Below are positions 62,242 through 64,000 of a DNA stretch of 64,000 nt, piece after piece. How positions within the stretch are numbered: position 1 is the first letter of the stretch; every line of letters starts with the position of its first letter. The DNA comes from Pseudomonas aeruginosa PAO1 (GTDB lineage: Bacteria; Pseudomonadota; Gammaproteobacteria; Pseudomonadales; Pseudomonadaceae): NCBI RefSeq assembly GCF_000006765.1, contig NC_002516.2. One strand, written 5' to 3'. The position numbers and the translations under genes are program-made. The notes under the pieces are model-generated. The model saw only the letters and a program-made list of their open reading frames with translations, made no database searches and had not been told where the DNA came from.

Positions 62242-63607
62242 GTACTGCCTCGCCATGCGCCGGGGCCTTGCCGAGGGCGAGCAGGATCCGCGCGATCAGT
62301 TGCCGACTCGCCTCGTGCCAGCCGATCCAGCGCCATTCGCCGACCGGTCGCTCGGCCGGGAACTCGCCCGTGGCTTCGAAGCGGGTGACCAGGTTCGCCA
62401 GGGTCTGCGGATCGGCGAGGTCGAAGTAGGCCATGAATTCGCCGCCGATCTCGCGGAACACCGGGATGTCGCTGCCCATCGCCGGCAGGCCGCGCTGCAT
62501 GGCCTCCACCAGCGGCAGGCCGAAACCTTCCACATAGGACGGGAAGACCAGCGATGCGGCATGGGAGTATGCGTACTCCAGGCTCTTGTCGGAGAGGTCG
62601 TTGAACATGAACAGGCGCTTGTTCAGCTCCGGATGCTGCCGCACCCGTTCCACCAGCGCCTCGCACTTCCAGCCGATGCGTCCGGCGATGCACAACCGCG
62701 CCTGCGAACCCTGGGCCCAGGCACGCTCGAAGGCATCCAGCAGGTAACCGTGGTTCTTCCGCGGCTCGATGGTGCTGACCATCAGGAATACCGGCGCCTT
62801 GGCCTTGAACATGCGCAGCAGATCGGGCTCGACGGAGGCGCCGTCCTCCACCAGGTCCAGCTCCGAACCCAGGTGGAAATAATCGAACCAGCGTTGCGCG
62901 ACCTTCTCCGGGCCGATGCGCCGCAGCATCTCCGCGCGCACTTCGTCGCGGATGGTCTCGGAAATCGCGACGTAGCCGTCGGCGGTGGCCGCGATCCAGT
63001 CGAACCAGTGGTTGAACACCTTGACCAGTCCGGCATCGCAGAATTGCGGATGGGTCAGGGGAATCAGGTCGTAGATCACCGAGACGATGCCCACGCCCTC
63101 GCTCTTGAGGCGTTCCGCCAGCGGGAAGAAATCGGCGTGCCAGGAGGAGTCCAGCAAGACCAGTTGGTCGCCGGCCCGATGTTCGAGCGGGGTCGCGCGC
63201 ACGGGTGCAGGCTGCTGCTTGCCGAGGATGCGGTCGAGCAGGCGCAGCGGAATGCTGAGGAAGGCGAAGGCGAACAGGCGGCAGGCTACATAGAGAAGGC
63301 GCCGGGCCCACGGCGAGGAACGGAACGGGCGGCGCTTTTCCAGGGTGCGCTGGCCCAGCCAGAAGTAGTTGGCGGCTCGCTCCACCAGGATGCGCAGGCG
63401 TACCAGCGGCGAATGCGGCCGCGGGTCCAGCGGCGCCAGGCTGTGGACCTGATACAGGGTGCCGTCGAGCATTGCCACCGGGATGCACTCCACCGTCTCG
63501 TCGGCTTCCGGCAACTCGCGGATGACGTTGCGCACCACCCGCTGAATACCAGAATTGACCTTGGGATGCTCGAACACATAGGTGCATTCGACCAACAGAC
63601 GCGTCAT
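62225..63607 (-). CDS. wbpX: GT4 rhamnosyltransferase, A-band LPS
   Basis: NSGIQRVVR, STIEPRKNH, VEGFGLPLVEAM; 460 aa. Confidence 0.92.
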   Translation of the reverse strand: MTRLLVECTYVFEHPKVNSGIQRVVRNVIRELPEADETVECIPVAMLDGTLYQVHSLAPLDPRPHSPLVRLRILVERAANYFWLGQRTLEKRRPFRSSPWARRLLYVACRLFAFAFLSIPLRLLDRILGKQQPAPVRATPLEHRAGDQLVLLDSSWHADFFPLAERLKSEGVGIVSVIYDLIPLTHPQFCDAGLVKVFNHWFDWIAATADGYVAISETIRDEVRAEMLRRIGPEKVAQRWFDYFHLGSELDLVEDGASVEPDLLRMFKAKAPVFLMVSTIEPRKNHGYLLDAFERAWAQGSQARLCIAGRIGWKCEALVERVRQHPELNKRLFMFNDLSDKSLEYAYSHAASLVFPSYVEGFGLPLVEAMQRGLPAMGSDIPVFREIGGEFMAYFDLADPQTLANLVTRFEATGEFPAERPVGEWRWIGWHEASRQLIARILLALGKAPAHGEAVHADCG

Positions 63608-64000
63608 GGAGTGCTCTCCGCGGAAGTGGGGTCCAGAGCCGCCTCGCCGGAGCGGCTGATATGGGTTTCGGCGCCCAGCCAGGAGCAACCGACGAAGTCT
63701 TCCTGGCGGTTGTTGATGACATGGAAGACCAGGCCGTAGTCGCGCCATTCGAAGTTGCGGTCCAGGTGCGAGTCCAGCCGCGACAGGCTCAGCGCCACCG
63801 AGTAGTGCCCCTTGCCCAGGCGCATGTCGAAGGCGAAGCGGTAGGTGATGCGCTCGCCGGCCTTCAGGTCGGTGAGGGCCTTGTCCAGGCGGTGGGTATT
63901 GATCCCGTACATCGGCTGGCCGAGGCGGTCCTTGATCATGAAGCCGAGGATCAGCCGCTCGATGTCCTGGCGAACCTCGACCTCGACTTCCAGCGTCACC
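63604..64000 (-). CDS. wzt: ABC transporter ATPase Wzt, C-terminal carbohydrate-binding domain (partial)
   Basis: LGFMIKDRLGQPMYGINTH..GHYSV.LSL pattern of the Wzt C-domain; upstream of wbpX. Confidence 0.85.
   Translation of the reverse strand, partial: VTLEVEVEVRQDIERLILGFMIKDRLGQPMYGINTHRLDKALTDLKAGERITYRFAFDMRLGKGHYSVALSLSRLDSHLDRNFEWRDYGLVFHVINNRQEDFVGCSWLGAETHISRSGEAALDPTSAESTP

Overview
A high-GC window of core chromosome that looks like Pseudomonas aeruginosa. By recalled synteny it corresponds to about PA5398-PA5450 of PAO1; locus tags below are from memory, not a database search. It begins inside dgcA and ends inside wzt. Contents in order: glycine-betaine/dimethylglycine/sarcosine catabolism (dgcAB, ETF pair, gbcAB, ltaA, glyA1-soxBDAG-purU2, fdhA), interrupted by a DUF2975/HTH/lipoprotein/ZapB-like/ZapA-like module; purEK, adhA, aspA with a LysR gene, a YeeE transporter, MocR plus two GNATs, mtr, pycBA with pycR, rccR/zwf, trhP, a GGDEF-EAL/TPR-like/GH18-like trio, uvrD, a CoA transferase, a DUF1127 gene, and wbpZYX-wzt of the A-band (CPA) O-antigen cluster. 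No IS, prophage, integrase, tRNA, rRNA or CRISPR was seen. Strongest unexplained signals: (1) a ~1.3 kb ORF-free region (14.7-16.0 kb) with 10 DnaA boxes at <=1 mismatch and a 17-bp direct repeat at both ends, a candidate datA/DARS-like or cryptic-origin locus, plus further perfect boxes scattered inside genes; (2) a tandem duplicated two-hairpin + U-tract RNA-like unit downstream of aspA whose stems covary between copies; (3) a putative c-di-GMP PDE -> periplasmic TPR-like -> GH18-like operon; (4) small ORFs, two absent from the ORF track and one with a corrected start.
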